Part shown: positions 1-11,913 of the stretch, piece by piece
How positions within the stretch are numbered: the first letter of the stretch is position 1
Layout of the letters: each line of letters opens with the position of its first letter
From: Octopus vulgaris
Lineage: Eukaryota
DNA: 64,000 bases
NCBI GenBank assembly: GCA_951406725.2
Contig: OX597815.1
Location: forward strand, 133,486,001-133,550,000
Reading direction: 5' to 3'
Notes under the pieces: generated by a model
What the model saw: the letters and a program-made list of their open reading frames with translations, nothing else
Told to the model about the DNA's origin: nothing
Databases searched by the model: none
Translations under genes and position numbers: made by a program

Positions 1-895
1 TTTAGCTCATCGGTTTATTTTTGATGGAGATTGGGCTGCTATTTCTAGCCTATAGAGCGACCACTTCGCTAGCTTCAATAAGTGTTAGCAGTGTGTTATA
101 AAACTCGAAATTTCAATCAAATGTACGCTCTCTTCCCTATGAAAATTACTCCAGTGCCTTGTCAAAAAGAAATCAATATTTTTATATATTTATTCATGGA
201 AGCAAAAAAAAAAAACCCCAAAAAAACCGGAATACATCTCATTATTGCGTGTTGAAATATAATTCTTGATGGTAATATAAATAGCCAGTAATGATTGGGT
301 TATTTTTAAAACTGAAATTCCCTGTTAAAACAATGAGATATAGGAAAAATGAAGTGGTGGTGGAAGGCAAAGCAGTTTGAAAAAGACACGCCTATTGTCA
401 TCGGAATGCTACACGAACAGGTGGTTGGTTGACTGCTGTGCCTGATTAACGGTTTGTGTAAATCAAATTCAGTAAAAAAAAAGTATATATACATATATAT
501 ATAATAAAAATACTATGCGCAGGAGGTAAATATGTAGAGGGAAGTGTCATCAACAATGACTCAGCTTTTATCAAATAACATGAGAAAGTACTTGATTTAA
601 AAGAAGAGCTAAGGAAGAAAGATGTGACCGATTCAATGGAAAGTTCACTGTCAGGGATTTTGGCGCGGTTAAAAACACGTAAGGATTCATGCTAGAATAG
701 TTACAATTGTACACACTTTCTGATATAAACCCTTATTTCCCTCTAGTTTGTTGATATTTGTTTTCATTTGGCGCAAAGGCAATGTCAAATAAAGTATAAT
801 ATTCCAGAAACTAGCGATGGCCTACATTGGCGTTTGTGTGGGTGTAAACAGTTGAAAAACCCAAATAAATTGGTTTGCCGCGAGGAAGTGGGGAT

Positions 896-932
896 CATTC
901 TAACATTTCAGACAGAGCCCTTCGTCGGAATG
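896..932 (-). ncRNA. minimal type-I hammerhead ribozyme-like motif (PLE-type, variant core)
   Basis: Minus strand reads catt-CCGACGA-a-gggc-tct-gtct-GAAA-tgttag-aatg. Same layout as the copy at 4802-4836. Confidence 0.5.
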
Positions 933-1380
933 CGATGAAATAAATTGGTTGTCTCTTTACGTTCTGGATTTATATCCTACAAGGGTTTTTACTTTGCCTT
1001 TCATCCTTCTGAGTGAGAGTGACAAAAATACGCAGTATGACGCGTATACAGTGTTAATTTTGTTTTAAAATTCAGGTTCAGATTTGTTGTTCTTACAAAA
1101 TAGTTCAAGATTAAAAGGATTATGAAGCAGGTGCTCCTGTATATCTATATATACTCCTTCTCTCTCTTTCATTCACGCATACATAGACTGTGTGTCTGAG
1201 CGTGCGTCATATGCCAAATAAACTTACTAATTAGCTAATATCGAGCCCAATAATTCTAATACCACTAGAACTCTGATATACTGCAGCTAATAACCATGTA
1301 AAAAAAATATTAAAAACTTTTATCTTAGTTCCAATTAAATTATAAGACCCTTAAGACATAAGCATAAAATGAAGCAACTG

Positions 1381-1671
1381 AAGGAACAATAAAACTAGAT
1401 TTAGTCCTAGAGCAGACAAAAGAACCCTAAAAACACCAGGACAAAAATAGGGATACACTCAATATAATGAACACAGTCATGACCGAACCAAAAGGGAGCA
1501 TATGAACAAGTAGTAGCTACACATCACAATAACAATAGTTTTAATATAAAGGTGCATAGACATCCCATCATCAGCTGCTGCATAGGAATTCATTATAGCA
1601 TTTCTCTCTCTCTTTGTCTCTCTCTCGCGCGCTATCTAGCTATCCATCTCTCTACACCCTCTTCCTCTCCC

Positions 1672-1766
<95 letters not shown>

Positions 1767-1895
1767 TTTTTTTTAGAAAAACATAAATCCGGAGAAGCAC
1801 ACTCTATAGGTAGTTGAATGTATCTCCATTTTGGTCCTGGTATTCTTAGGGTTCTTTTGTCTGCTCTGGGACTAGGTCTAGTTTTATTGTTCCTT
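1381..1895. repeat. ~82 bp imperfect inverted repeat (1381-1462 / 1815-1895) enclosing a (CT)n(TA)n microsatellite
   Basis: aaggaacaataaaactaga...gatacactcaa matches the reverse complement of ttgaatgtatc...ttttattgttcctt, with about 9 substitutions. Confidence 0.85.
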
Positions 1896-2048
1896 GTTGT
1901 TTAACCAGTAATATACATACATACATACATACATACATACATACATACATACATGCATATAGATAGATACAAACGGAGTGCGGTGAAAAAACTGTCGCCT
2001 AAATTACGCAAAAATGAAAATAACACTGATATCTCTTTTAAACAGATG

Positions 2049-2465
2049 GGATCTTTTCGGTTTGAACGGCAGTTTTTAAAAAATAATTTTCATTTAACTA
2101 AACACTTTTAAACTTCGTATACTGGTAGAATGTGTTTATAAAACATCTTTTTCTCTTGGCTTTATTGAGAAAATTCTATAGTTTGTAAGATATTTGTTGT
2201 TTTTTTCCTTCAATTTCTGCAATTTCAACCAATCAATGACTTCCATTGAGGTGAAAACATTCTGTGCCGTATGAATATGTCCCTCGTTTAAGAAACAGAT
2301 TGGGTTTATTTACATTTCTGAAGAAAAAAAGATACCCTCCCCCCGCCCCTAACCCAAACCCTAAAACAGATTGAAATGCAATAGATCGATAGTAGGGTCA
2401 TAATTATGGGTGACAATTTCATATGACACCGCTAGAAAAAACTGCTGTTCAAACCGAAAAGATCC
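2049..2465. mobile_element. MITE with ~29 bp TIRs (GGATCTTTTCGGTTTGAAC...) and 8-bp TSD; superfamily uncertain (Merlin- or hAT-like)
   Basis: TIRs ggatcttttcggtttgaacggcagttttt and aaaaactgctgttcaaaccgaaaagatcc. Flanks aacagatg (2041-2048) and aactgatg (2466-2473). Confidence 0.85.
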
Positions 2466-2645
2466 AACTGATGTATTAAACAAAACTACATAAAAATATC
2501 TTGAAATACTAAAGAGTAAATTTATTAAATAAAATTGCCCTTGGCTTCAACCACGGCCCCCAAACAACTTCTGAATCTCCTGCAACTCTTCTGGACGGTT
2601 TCCTTGTTTAAATTGGTGAATGCTGCCATAATCCTTGGCTTCAGT

Positions 2646-2811
2646 CGCTAGCGTAGCCTAAGTGTGTGCCACCCGGATCGGCCCTTCCGCTTGCCGCCCC
2701 CTGACTCCACAAAAAACACATATTGCCTACAGCAGACCCCAAGGTGGTACCCCTTTAAAAGTACCGCCCGGGGCGGACCACCCCTACCACTTCCACCTAA
2801 CTACGCTAGTG
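2646..2811. mobile_element. short hAT-like MITE with 8-bp TSD, inserted in the transposase
   Basis: TIRs cgctagcgtagc and actacgctagtg. Flanks gcttcagt and ccttcagt. Removing it restores the transposase reading KDELKARIM. Confidence 0.75.
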
Positions 2812-3569
2812 CCTTCAGTTCATCTTTGGTGGTACAAGGAGTCTTGTTTGTCTCTCGCTCAACTGTACCCCACACATAAGGGGGTTGCAGTCTGGGGAGT
2901 TAGGTGGCCAGATATTAGGGGTGATGTGATTGCAGAAATTGTGTGACAGCCATGACTGGGTTCTGCTTGTGTAACATGATGCAGAATCCTGATACCAGAC
3001 AGAGGGTCTTCCAGCATCCACCCTCTTGAGCCAGAGCAGCACAACCTCCACCAGGCATTTGATGTAGGCCTCTGTGTTGAGTGTGAGGCCGTGTAGGAAG
3101 ATGAATGGAGGCATAACGTCGCCATCACTAGCGATCACTCCAAACACCATGATGTTGACTGGATGTTTGATTTTAATCACTCTCGGTACATGTCTTCAGA
3201 TTGCACTGTCCTCAGATTGACATCCAAAGACTCTGAAATGTTCGTATTGGAGCTTCCGGCGCGAATGCCAAGCAGCATAACATGTCGTTTCCAAATTTCT
3301 GGCAGAGTGAATTGCGTCATGGTGCTGTTTTCCCCAGACGGTGCCCAACTAACCTACCATACTGTGTAGTCGACAAAATCAAAAACAATGCGCACGCGCG
3401 AAATGAAAATATAAAATGGCGACAATTTATCCATCGCACCCTGTGTGTGTGTGTGTGTGTGTGTGTGTATGCGTGTAAGGCAAATAAGAAAATGGAGAGG
3501 ATAATCAATCGACAAACATCAACCCGTAGACATTCATTTATATCTATTTATTAATTGATTACCATCATA

Positions 3570-3929
3570 GGCGCAGGAGTGGCTGTGTGGTAAGTAGCTT
3601 GTTTACCAACAACATGATTCCGGGTTCAGTCCCACTGCGTGGCACCTTGGGCAAGTGTCTTCTACAGTAGCCTCGGGCCGACCAAAGCCTTGTGAGTAGA
3701 TATATGTCGTATATATGTATATATATATGCTTGTGTGTGTTTGTGTGTCTGTGTTTGTTCCCTTAGCATTGCTTGACAACTGATGTTGGTGTGTTTATGT
3801 CCCCGTTACTTAGCGGTTCGGCAAAAGAGACTGGGCTTACAAAAGAATAAGTCCCGGGGTCGAGTTGCTCGATTAAAGGCGGTGCTCCAGCATGGCCGCA
3901 GTCAAATGACTGAAACAAGTAAAAGAGTA
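3570..3929 (+). mobile_element. tRNA-derived SINE family A
   Basis: A-box-like TGGCTGTGTGG, B-box-like GGTTCAGTCCC, internal TA/TG tract, tail gactgaaacaagtaaaagag. Many copies in the window. Confidence 0.85.
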
Positions 3930-3994
3930 TAAGTAATCAAAATAAACAAATGAACTAAGCAAATAAACAAGTAAATAAATAGATAAATAAAAAT

Positions 3995-4158
3995 GAGTGG
4001 CTGTGTGGTAAGTAGCTTGCTAACCAACCACATGGTTGCGGGTTCAGTCCCACTGCGTGGCATCTTGGGCAAGTGTCTTCTGCTATAGCCCCGGGCCGAC
4101 CAATGCCTTGTGAGTGGATTTGGTAGACGGAAACTGAAAGAAGCCTGTCGTATATATG

Positions 4159-4189
<31 letters not shown>

Positions 4190-4360
4190 CTGTGTTTGTC
4201 CCCCTAGCATTGCTTGACAACCGATGCTGGTGTGTTTACGTCCCCGTCACTTAGCGGTTCGGCAAAAAAGAGACCGATAGAATAAGTACTAAAAGGCGGT
4301 GCTCCAGCATGGCCGCAGTCAAAATGACTGAAACAAGTAAAAGAGTAAAAGAGTAAGAGT
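3995..4360 (+). mobile_element. SINE family A, tandem second copy
   Basis: Collinear with 3570-3929. Confidence 0.85.
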
Positions 4361-4466
4361 AAACAAGTAAATAAGTAGATAAATAAAAATAAACAAGTAA
4401 ATAAATAGATAAATAAAAATAAAAATAAATAAATGAATAAGAATAAATGAATGAAAAAATACTAAG

Positions 4467-4575
4467 CTCTTACAGCTGTGTCTACTATGGGTAATCATGC
4501 CAGTAATATGCAGGGATTTTACAAAGGTTGGACAGGGGTTGGACAATGACTGAGCCCCAAAGCTTCATCAGAGAG
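4467..4575 (-). ncRNA. decayed type-I hammerhead motif
   Basis: Minus strand ctct-CTGATGA-(long stem II)-GACA-cagctg-TA-agag. Stem I ctct/agag pairs and stem III is palindromic ACAGCTGT, but GAAA is mutated to GACA. Confidence 0.55.
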
Positions 4576-4801
4576 ACTATAATGTTAGGAATCTAACATG
4601 TGAGGAAGGTAAAATAATAAAATAAAATAATAACATAATAGAAATAGTAAGGAACGGTAAAATCGTCATAATCCATAATCCATGGGATTATGGATATCAC
4701 CTTGGATTATGGATGTCACTTCCAGGAGTAATTTCCACACATTATGAGAGTTACATCTTTTTTCAGTTTTACTTAACATCTAATTCATACAGACATATAC
4801 T

Positions 4802-4836
4802 GTTTCCGACGAAGAGCTCCGCTCGAAACGTTAAAC
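4802..4836 (+). ncRNA. minimal type-I hammerhead motif (variant core CCGACGA) in a cassette ending at (TA)n
   Basis: gttt-CCGACGA-a-gagc-tcc-gctc-GAAA-cg-TT-aaac. Stems I and II pair perfectly. Tail tttcctgagcg... resembles the tail after the 19563-19600 motif. Confidence 0.6.
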
Positions 4837-6384
4837 CCTCCTTCTTTCCTGAGCGTCCAATAATACTATATTTGTTCCACGTCCTCGCGTTGTTGTGTTT
4901 TTTTGTGCTTTCATGTTTGGATTAACTATATATATATATGTGCGCGTGTGTACAATAAACACTATTTTTGCTGACGCATGCTACCACTGGTCTTCCTAGT
5001 TTCTGTTTTTAGTTGTACCTTACACTGGCACAAATTAATTTTGCTAGATCAATATAAAAATAACGTAGCATTAAAGGCAATCTGCGTAAATTGTACTAAA
5101 ACGAAAGATTGCCGCATTAAATTGATGTGACAGTATGTATGTGTCTGTGTGTATGCGTGCGCGCGTACATTACACACATATATACATATTATATACACAC
5201 ATAATATCCTTTTTAATATTTCAGCCTAAAGACTTATGCGTATATACGCATGTATGCACGTATGCACGTTTCTATGCGTTGTGTCTTTATCACTCGATCG
5301 TCGAATGTAGATCACTAATTGAAATTGGTGTAAGAAGAGTGAAGTCGTTCAATTCAGCTGCTTGCTTTTCATTGCTTAACCACGGCCGAATTTGTGCTGT
5401 CTGTTCCTTTTGTTAGTTTGAAAAACGTGAAGTAACTTCTTTATAAACCTGCAGAAAACCAACAGTTAGTACTAAAGCGGGAAAGCATCTACGCTGTCAT
5501 TCGACTTGCTTGAGATAACAACCAAATTCACTCCCTTTTTATCGTTAGACTGGAAGAGCACATTGGACATCGTCATGGAATGTCGTTTTCCGGAGCTTAA
5601 ATAAGAATAATTAAAACAAATTGAACCAAGGAAGAATATATCTATGTGGTCTCTCAACCCGCTAGAAACAGCAGCTAAGTTCCCTTTAGTCTCGCTTAGT
5701 CATCTTTAAAAAGGAAAGATACATCTAAAAGTAGCTTATCCTATTGCTAAAATTAAGTTGGATGATCGTGGGTGGAAAGTCTTTGCTTGCTATGGGTTAG
5801 CTCAATCGGTACCGATTTGAAATTATGCTGCAACTAAATCGGCTTGTATGAGAACATTAAATTAGAACACCGTTTTATAGAATAAATATTCAAAAGAAAT
5901 CGATATTTTAAAAACATATTTGTTTAAAATATTGTTCAACAATAACCGAGCAGATGTATCGTTTATTTTTGCACAATATAGGCTGTGGAATGAGCAGAAT
6001 CGCCAGCGTTGGGCAAAAATGCTTGCGGTATTTAATAGTCTATAACTTGGATAGAGGGATTATTGAATATTTTTGGTCATTTGCTTACGCTGATTTAGGT
6101 GCATGCTGTTTCCCATTTAGAACAAAATCCATTTTAGATTTTTGATGAGACCATTTCTATAGCACATAACTTTACAATGTTTACCACGGTTACTTGCTGG
6201 AAGCTGTATCACTGTTTACCTGTAGAGAGATCTGAACATATGTTGTGTTTTGGTTAAGAACTGGCTAGCTACATATTCGTGTGGTGAGAGGTGGATGATT
6301 CTGCGTTCATCGTAGACAATGATTCTTTTTAACCAGAGGTCGAACAGCGACCAATAACCCTGTCTTCTCTGGAACCCCGATACC

Positions 6385-6616
6385 TATTTCTTTATTACCC
6401 ACAAGGGGCTAAACACAGAGGGGACAAACAAGGACAGACATAGGTATTAAGTTGATTACATCGACTCCAGTGCGTAACTGGTACTTAATTTATCGACACC
6501 GAAAGGATGAAAGGCAAAGTCGACCTCGGCGGAATTTGAACTCACAACGTAACGCAGACGAAATACCGCTAAGCATTTCGCCCGGCGTGCTAACGTTTCT
6601 GCCAGCTCGCCGCCTT
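6385..6616 (-). mobile_element. SINE family B (core gaggtcgactttgcctttcatcctttcggggtcgataaataagtaccag)
   Basis: Reverse complement matches 12478-12705. Confidence 0.85.
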
Positions 6617-6769
6617 TACCTGATTGTTCTGCACCTCTCCACTGGCGGGAGCCAACACAATTTTTATTCTACTCGTGAACAACTTTATATTCACCCTTCC
6701 GAGGTCAATAAAAAACAAAGTATCAGTGAAGCATTTGGATCAATTTAATATTTCTATAAAGTGTTGAAG

Positions 6770-6930
6770 ATGTGAATGGAATTATAATATAAAATGAAGA
6801 TAAAAACAATTTGTTTATGTTGATGAAACCCATGTAATTTTTGTACTGCAGAAAGTCTAAAAAATATTTTGCTCAAAACAACCACCTTCCTCCTACATTC
6901 AGAATGAATCTCTTTCCATCACAAGATCTA
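6770..6930 (+). pseudogene. possible decayed C-terminus of a PLE GIY-YIG endonuclease
   Basis: Translation from 6833 gives CNFCTAESLKNILLKNTTFLLHSE, resembling the CxLCxxEK...LLNxRxE tail of PLE ORFs. Stops are present. Confidence 0.35.
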
Positions 6931-7685
6931 AAAATACAAATAGGATATTTTAAACTGCATATGCACCCTGTTTGATAGACTAACAATCTCGAGTTACTTT
7001 ATCCCAATTATAATCTTCACCAATCTTTCCAATAATCTAACACCTCGATTTACATTAGAACCTACTGATATACTGACGTCTCCAGTACTGCCTTGCATAC
7101 ACCTTCTCCAAAGTATCAGAATATGTCCATATGACCCCCATTATCTTCCTTGTCATTCCGCATAAAAAATTATCAGTCGTATGATAATGATTCGTGTAGG
7201 CATTCATTTCTTACTATAGTTATTTATATTCTATGTATTTTTATATATTGTCAGATGGATTAATTTTTATATATTGCATCATCATATAATATAAACCTTT
7301 ATATATCACTTCTAACCACTTTTTTGTTGTTGTTGCTTGCTTGTCTCTATTAATGCTAACATCCTCCCGTGAAGCCAAAATCAACATTTCATAATCATTT
7401 CTCTTCCCTCTAAAATTATCGTTTATCCCAAATAAACAATAAAAGCTCTTTAATCTTTGTATTGTATATCCTCGACATGGCCAGAAACTCTTGATAGCTT
7501 AGGGTAATAAAATGCAATTTTCAAGCCTGTTTTGTTCTAAGAACATGTACTAGTTGACTTTCTGTTGCAGTCTTACTTTTCGGTCCAGCAATGTGTTTGT
7601 ATCTTTCATTAGACGTGTTGGTAACGTATCAATTTTAAAAAGTTAGATCGTTTGTCCCATAAGTGAAGGAAACGATACTACGGTT

Positions 7686-8178
7686 TGCACGACTAAGTGT
7701 ATCTGCAATTGTCAATTCTTCTCCCTGTAAATATTTTAGAAAGTAACATAATCCTATATTCTATAACATCATGTTCTGCTATCTCGGAGGAACCTTGTAA
7801 AGGGAGTTTGCACAGAATGTTTATCAATGTTTTATAATCTGAAATTACTTGGAATAACATACCATACACATACTTGTGAAAGTGTTTAACACCAATAACA
7901 TCCGCTATATCTCTCTTTCAGTCTGACTGCATTTGTGTTCAGTGAGAGTCCTTGACATGCTTAGCCTTTAAGTCAGAGTAGCCCAATACTGATGAGTTAC
8001 TAATGGCTAATCCGGTACTGTCAAATGCTTTGGGTTCTATTTCAGTTCATTCATGTGCTTATTTTTATTGTATGTTTTTCTCCGATGTTCACTCATTTCT
8101 GATTGAAAAGCAACAAAGTTGGCCATATTGCTATACTTAATAAGCGTCTCACTCCATTAGGATAAGCAAAATATTTGA
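7686..8178 (-). mobile_element. Ty3/Gypsy pol relic: RT C-terminus, connection and RNase H
   Basis: Minus-strand pieces GVRRLLSIA, *TEIEPKAFD..ISNSSVLGY, SRTLTE.KCSQTERE, GVKHFHKYVYGMLFQVISDYKTL and KYLQGEELTIADTLSRA, with frameshifts and stops. Confidence 0.85.
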
Positions 8179-9434
8179 ACGAGGGTATCATGGCTAACCA
8201 TGATACCCTCACGGAATGTCACTAAATGAGGTTTATTTTTCAACATAGTTCCTCTTGCAGTCTTCACACTTCTTCCATCGGTGTTGCGGTGCTTGGATCC
8301 CATTGGTGAAGAAACTTTCATCCTGTTAGTCAAAAAACTCATTAACAACAGATATGACGTTATCATCACTGTGAAAGAGGTTCCCAAGCAAGTGTTTTTT
8401 CGTGTTGGGAAGAGATGATAGTCAGATGAGGCCTAATCAGGAGAATAGGGAGGCTGATCAACCAGTTCAAAACCATAGTCATGCACATCGGCCATTGAAA
8501 CCAAGGACATGTCTTGATGAAACATTGTCTTGATGAAACAAGACCTCTTTTATCAGTTTTCCTGGGTGTTTGGTCTTGATACCCTTTCGTAACTGTCTCA
8601 GAAAGTTGGCATAGTACTCTCCATTGATGGTGTGGTCCTTTTGAAGATGGTCAATAAACACAATACCTTTTGTATCCCCCAAACCATTACCTTCCCTGCA
8701 GATGAAACGACCTTGATCTTGTTTGGTGCAGGTGAGGAGGGGTGTTTCTATTTCATGGATTGTCTCTTTGACTTTGGCTTAAAATGATGAACCCAACACT
8801 CATCCTGGTTAAGGAAACCGGCCGGGTCAGCCTGAAACAATGTCAGATTTCACCGTGATGTTATCAGCTTGGTGCGCTTTTGATATGGTGTCAGTAGACA
8901 TGACACCCACCGAGCAGAAACCTTTGTCATGTCAAGTTCATTGTGCAGAATATTCTCAACTCTTTCACGAGATATGTTAAAAACATTGACTACTTGATTT
9001 ATAATCAATCGCCTGCCAGCCAACAGTATATGGTGATCAATGTCTTTCTCTGTGGTGGCCATTAAGGACGTCCAGACTTTGGGTCATCTTCAAGACTCTT
9101 CTTTCTATTAAATTCAGCTGCCAACTTTTGCATTGTTGATAAAACTGAAACGTCATCCCCTAATGTAGCAACAATGTCAGTATGAATGTCGTTGGGGGCT
9201 AAACCTATTTTTTGCAGGTACTTGATAACGCCAGGATGCCAAATTTTTCCATTTTCAAGAGCAGTCGCTACTAGTTACTTTTGAAGTTTTCTTTGAACAG
9301 TGAGATGTGAGATTACTTGGAAAGAAACAATGCAGTTATTATTAAGAAAGGCTGAAATTAATGCCTGCAAGATTTCACAGTTATAGCATCACTTCTTCAA
9401 AGTCAGCCTAATAACTTTTCAGCCCACACTCGTA
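8179..9434 (-). mobile_element. mariner transposon, degenerate and near full-length, inserted into the Gypsy RT
   Basis: Right TIR tacgagtgtgggctgaaaagtt (minus strand). Fragments KVSARWV, GIVFIDHLQKDHTINGEYY, LFHQDN, PPYSPD*ASSDYHLFP and RWKKC...NYVEK*. Confidence 0.9.
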
Positions 9435-10030
9435 AATCATAAGCAGAAGACTTTTATCTGGATTGAGTATCTTCCTTCTTTGGTTCGTAGATGCCCAATG
9501 TATTTTACTTGGTCAAAAGTGAGTTTTCATTGAATTCTGTTTCATATCTTTATCTATGTAGCTTGCAATATATATCGTAGGTAACCACAAACACGCTCTC
9601 TAAAACTTCAAACAAAGTCATAGCGACTTGAAATACTTTGGATTTTACTCGCAGAGGAAGTCAACCGAAAGTAAATTTGCCAACAGGATAGTTGAATGTG
9701 GTCAGTTTGTTAGTCTCTTTGAAAGCTTTATTTTCCAAAGGCCTTTCTCCACATCCAATACTATCAAATACTTAGATGCATTCCGGTTGTAACTTCTCTT
9801 ACATATACGCACTTTATTAACATGTTTCTTCAAAGCCATCAAACTATTAACTCAGTCAGTTTGTTCGTCCACTGTATATAACATCATCCAACTCCATCGA
9901 TTTTAAATCGTTGCACAAGAGTTCCTCTTCAGGTTATTGAAATGCTTCTTGGAGAATGTATAACCGCTGTTATTTTAGTATTTGTACAAGTTTATTTGTA
10001 TTAATCTTCTAGAACACTGCAAACTGCAAA
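9435..10030 (-). mobile_element. Ty3/Gypsy reverse transcriptase relic
   Basis: Minus-strand pieces ASKYLIVLDVEKGLWKIKL, KLTTFNYPVGKFTFG*LPL...VFQVAM and FDQVKYIGHL...NPDK. Confidence 0.8.
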
Positions 10031-10049
10031 GTCATCTTTCATCTTGTAC

Positions 10050-10450
10050 CTTTTACTTGTTTCACTCATTAGATGCGGCCATGTTGGGACACTGCCTTGA
10101 AAAATCTTGAGTTGAATAAATCGCCACCCCCGTACTTATTTCTTTGTTAAACCTGGTACTTATTCTATCAGTTTCTTTTGCCGAACCGTTAGGTTACAAA
10201 TAAACACACCAACACTGGTTGTCAAGCAGTGGTGGAAGACAAACACAGACACAAAGACACACACATAAGTATATACATACATATACATAACGGGCTTCTT
10301 TCAGTTTCCGTCTACCAAATCCACTCACAAGGCTTTGGTTAGCCTGAAGATATTATAGAAGACACTTGCACAAGGTGCCATGCAGTGGGACTTAGTCTGG
10401 AATCATGTGGTTGGGAAACAAGCTTCTTACCACATAGCCACGCCTGAGCC
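10050..10450 (-). mobile_element. SINE family A
   Basis: Reverse complement of the 3570-3929 consensus. A further partial copy lies at ~10730-10889. Confidence 0.85.
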
Positions 10451-10989
10451 TTCTTTATTTTTATTTATCAGTTTAAGTATTTAGCAAATTAGCTAATTGT
10501 GTGATTAATTGCTTAGTTAATCATAATCAACTAATCGACTAGTTAATTGGTTAAAAAGCTAACCTATTGACAAATGACTAAATAAATGAATACGTGAAAT
10601 AGAACCAGTGTGTGTATTTATTGGCATAATGACCCTTCCAAGATACAACAAAAAATTGGTAGAATGTTAACGTCAAAACCTTAGTAGAATTTAAGCATAA
10701 CAGATCAGACATAATGATCTAAGATGAAGACACACACACACACACGTTGGGCTTCTTTCAGTTTCCGTCTACCAAATCCAGTCACAAAGCTTTGGTTAAC
10801 CCGAGACTATAGTAGAAGACATTTATTTACCCAAGGTGCCGCGTAGTAAAACTAAACTCGGAACCATGTGGTTGGGAAGCAAGCTTCTTTCGCAGATTTA
10901 CACAATTTTTACTCTTTTTCTACCTCTAACCTCCGTTTTATTTATTTATTTATTTAACAGAGTCAATCATATATAAATAGTGCAACCTC

Positions 10990-11190
10990 TGTGAGTTGCA
11001 CTAGCAGTTACTTCTCCCACTGGTGACATTATATGACCTGAAATGGAAGCGTTGTGTTTATTGCGTATTGGTAATAACTTCAGGATACTTTCTCAGTAAC
11101 ATCAATTGGAAGACATTGCATTGAGCACCTGTATCTCACAGTATTTCATATTTATTCTTTTCATTTGATAAAGCACATATCCCTGGATAC
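10990..11190 (-). mobile_element. Ty3/Gypsy aspartic protease relic
   Basis: Minus strand IL*DTGAQCNV...SGHIMSPVGEVT. Position upstream of RT fits the PR-RT-RH order. Confidence 0.7.
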
Positions 11191-11732
11191 CTACCACTAT
11201 CTATTTTCTTTGGATAATTAAATTGTCAGTTTTATGTTTTGGTTTTGGAGAACCAGCTGGTTTAAACTTACATACATTTATATCACTCTGTCGTGTAGAT
11301 GAAAAAACTGAAATACAAATTAGTGACTACCTCCGCATTTTTTGCTCGTTTACGCTTCGCTGTCAGTTTTATTTTTAAAACGTTTAATGAGTATAGACAC
11401 ACACAACAGTATGAGTAGTTCATGCAACTCATTGTATAATGACCACAACTTTAGCTAAATTAAAATGATCAGTTTCATTCAGTTTTTGAAGATCAAGGAC
11501 CAATGTATACAATACCAAACTGATAATGAAATCGTGAAACACTCACATACCTACTTATTTTTACAGTTCCATGAAATATTCATCAGTATTTCTACCATTT
11601 AAGCAGCATAGAGATCGTTTCTAGGTCCCCAGAAATTGCCAGAGTTCTCTATGATAACCATGCATTTTTACTATGGCCTTCCTCATATGTGACATTGTCA
11701 AAAATTGTTTTCAACTTGTTCATCAATTGTCC

Positions 11733-11814
<82 letters not shown>

Positions 11815-11851
11815 CAGCAGCAGCAGCAGCAGCAGCAGTAGCAGTAGCAGT
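11733..11851. repeat. (TAG)n/(CAG)n microsatellite
   Basis: Read directly. Confidence 0.95.
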
Positions 11852-11913
11852 AAGTCTAATGACGTTTGCTTCTGATAGGGCTCTATGTGCCTGAATACTC
11901 TTCCCTCACTTAC

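Larger units (their letters stand above)
1973..3444 (-). mobile_element. Tc1/mariner-superfamily DNA transposon relic (maT/DD37D-like), internally deleted, with two nested MITEs
   Basis: Degenerate TIRs acggagtgcggtgaaaaaactgtcgcc and ggcgacaatttatccatcgcaccctgt. ORF 2815-3180 has MVFGVI..DG, YQDSA and WPPNSPDCNPL transposase motifs. Confidence 0.85.

Noticed and set aside
3570-3650. tRNA gene
   Set aside because: A/B boxes are present but there is no full cloverleaf, and it continues into the SINE body in many copies.
5290-6370. Further minus-strand exon-like stretches
   Set aside because: They need frameshifts or contain stops, and no family was recognised.
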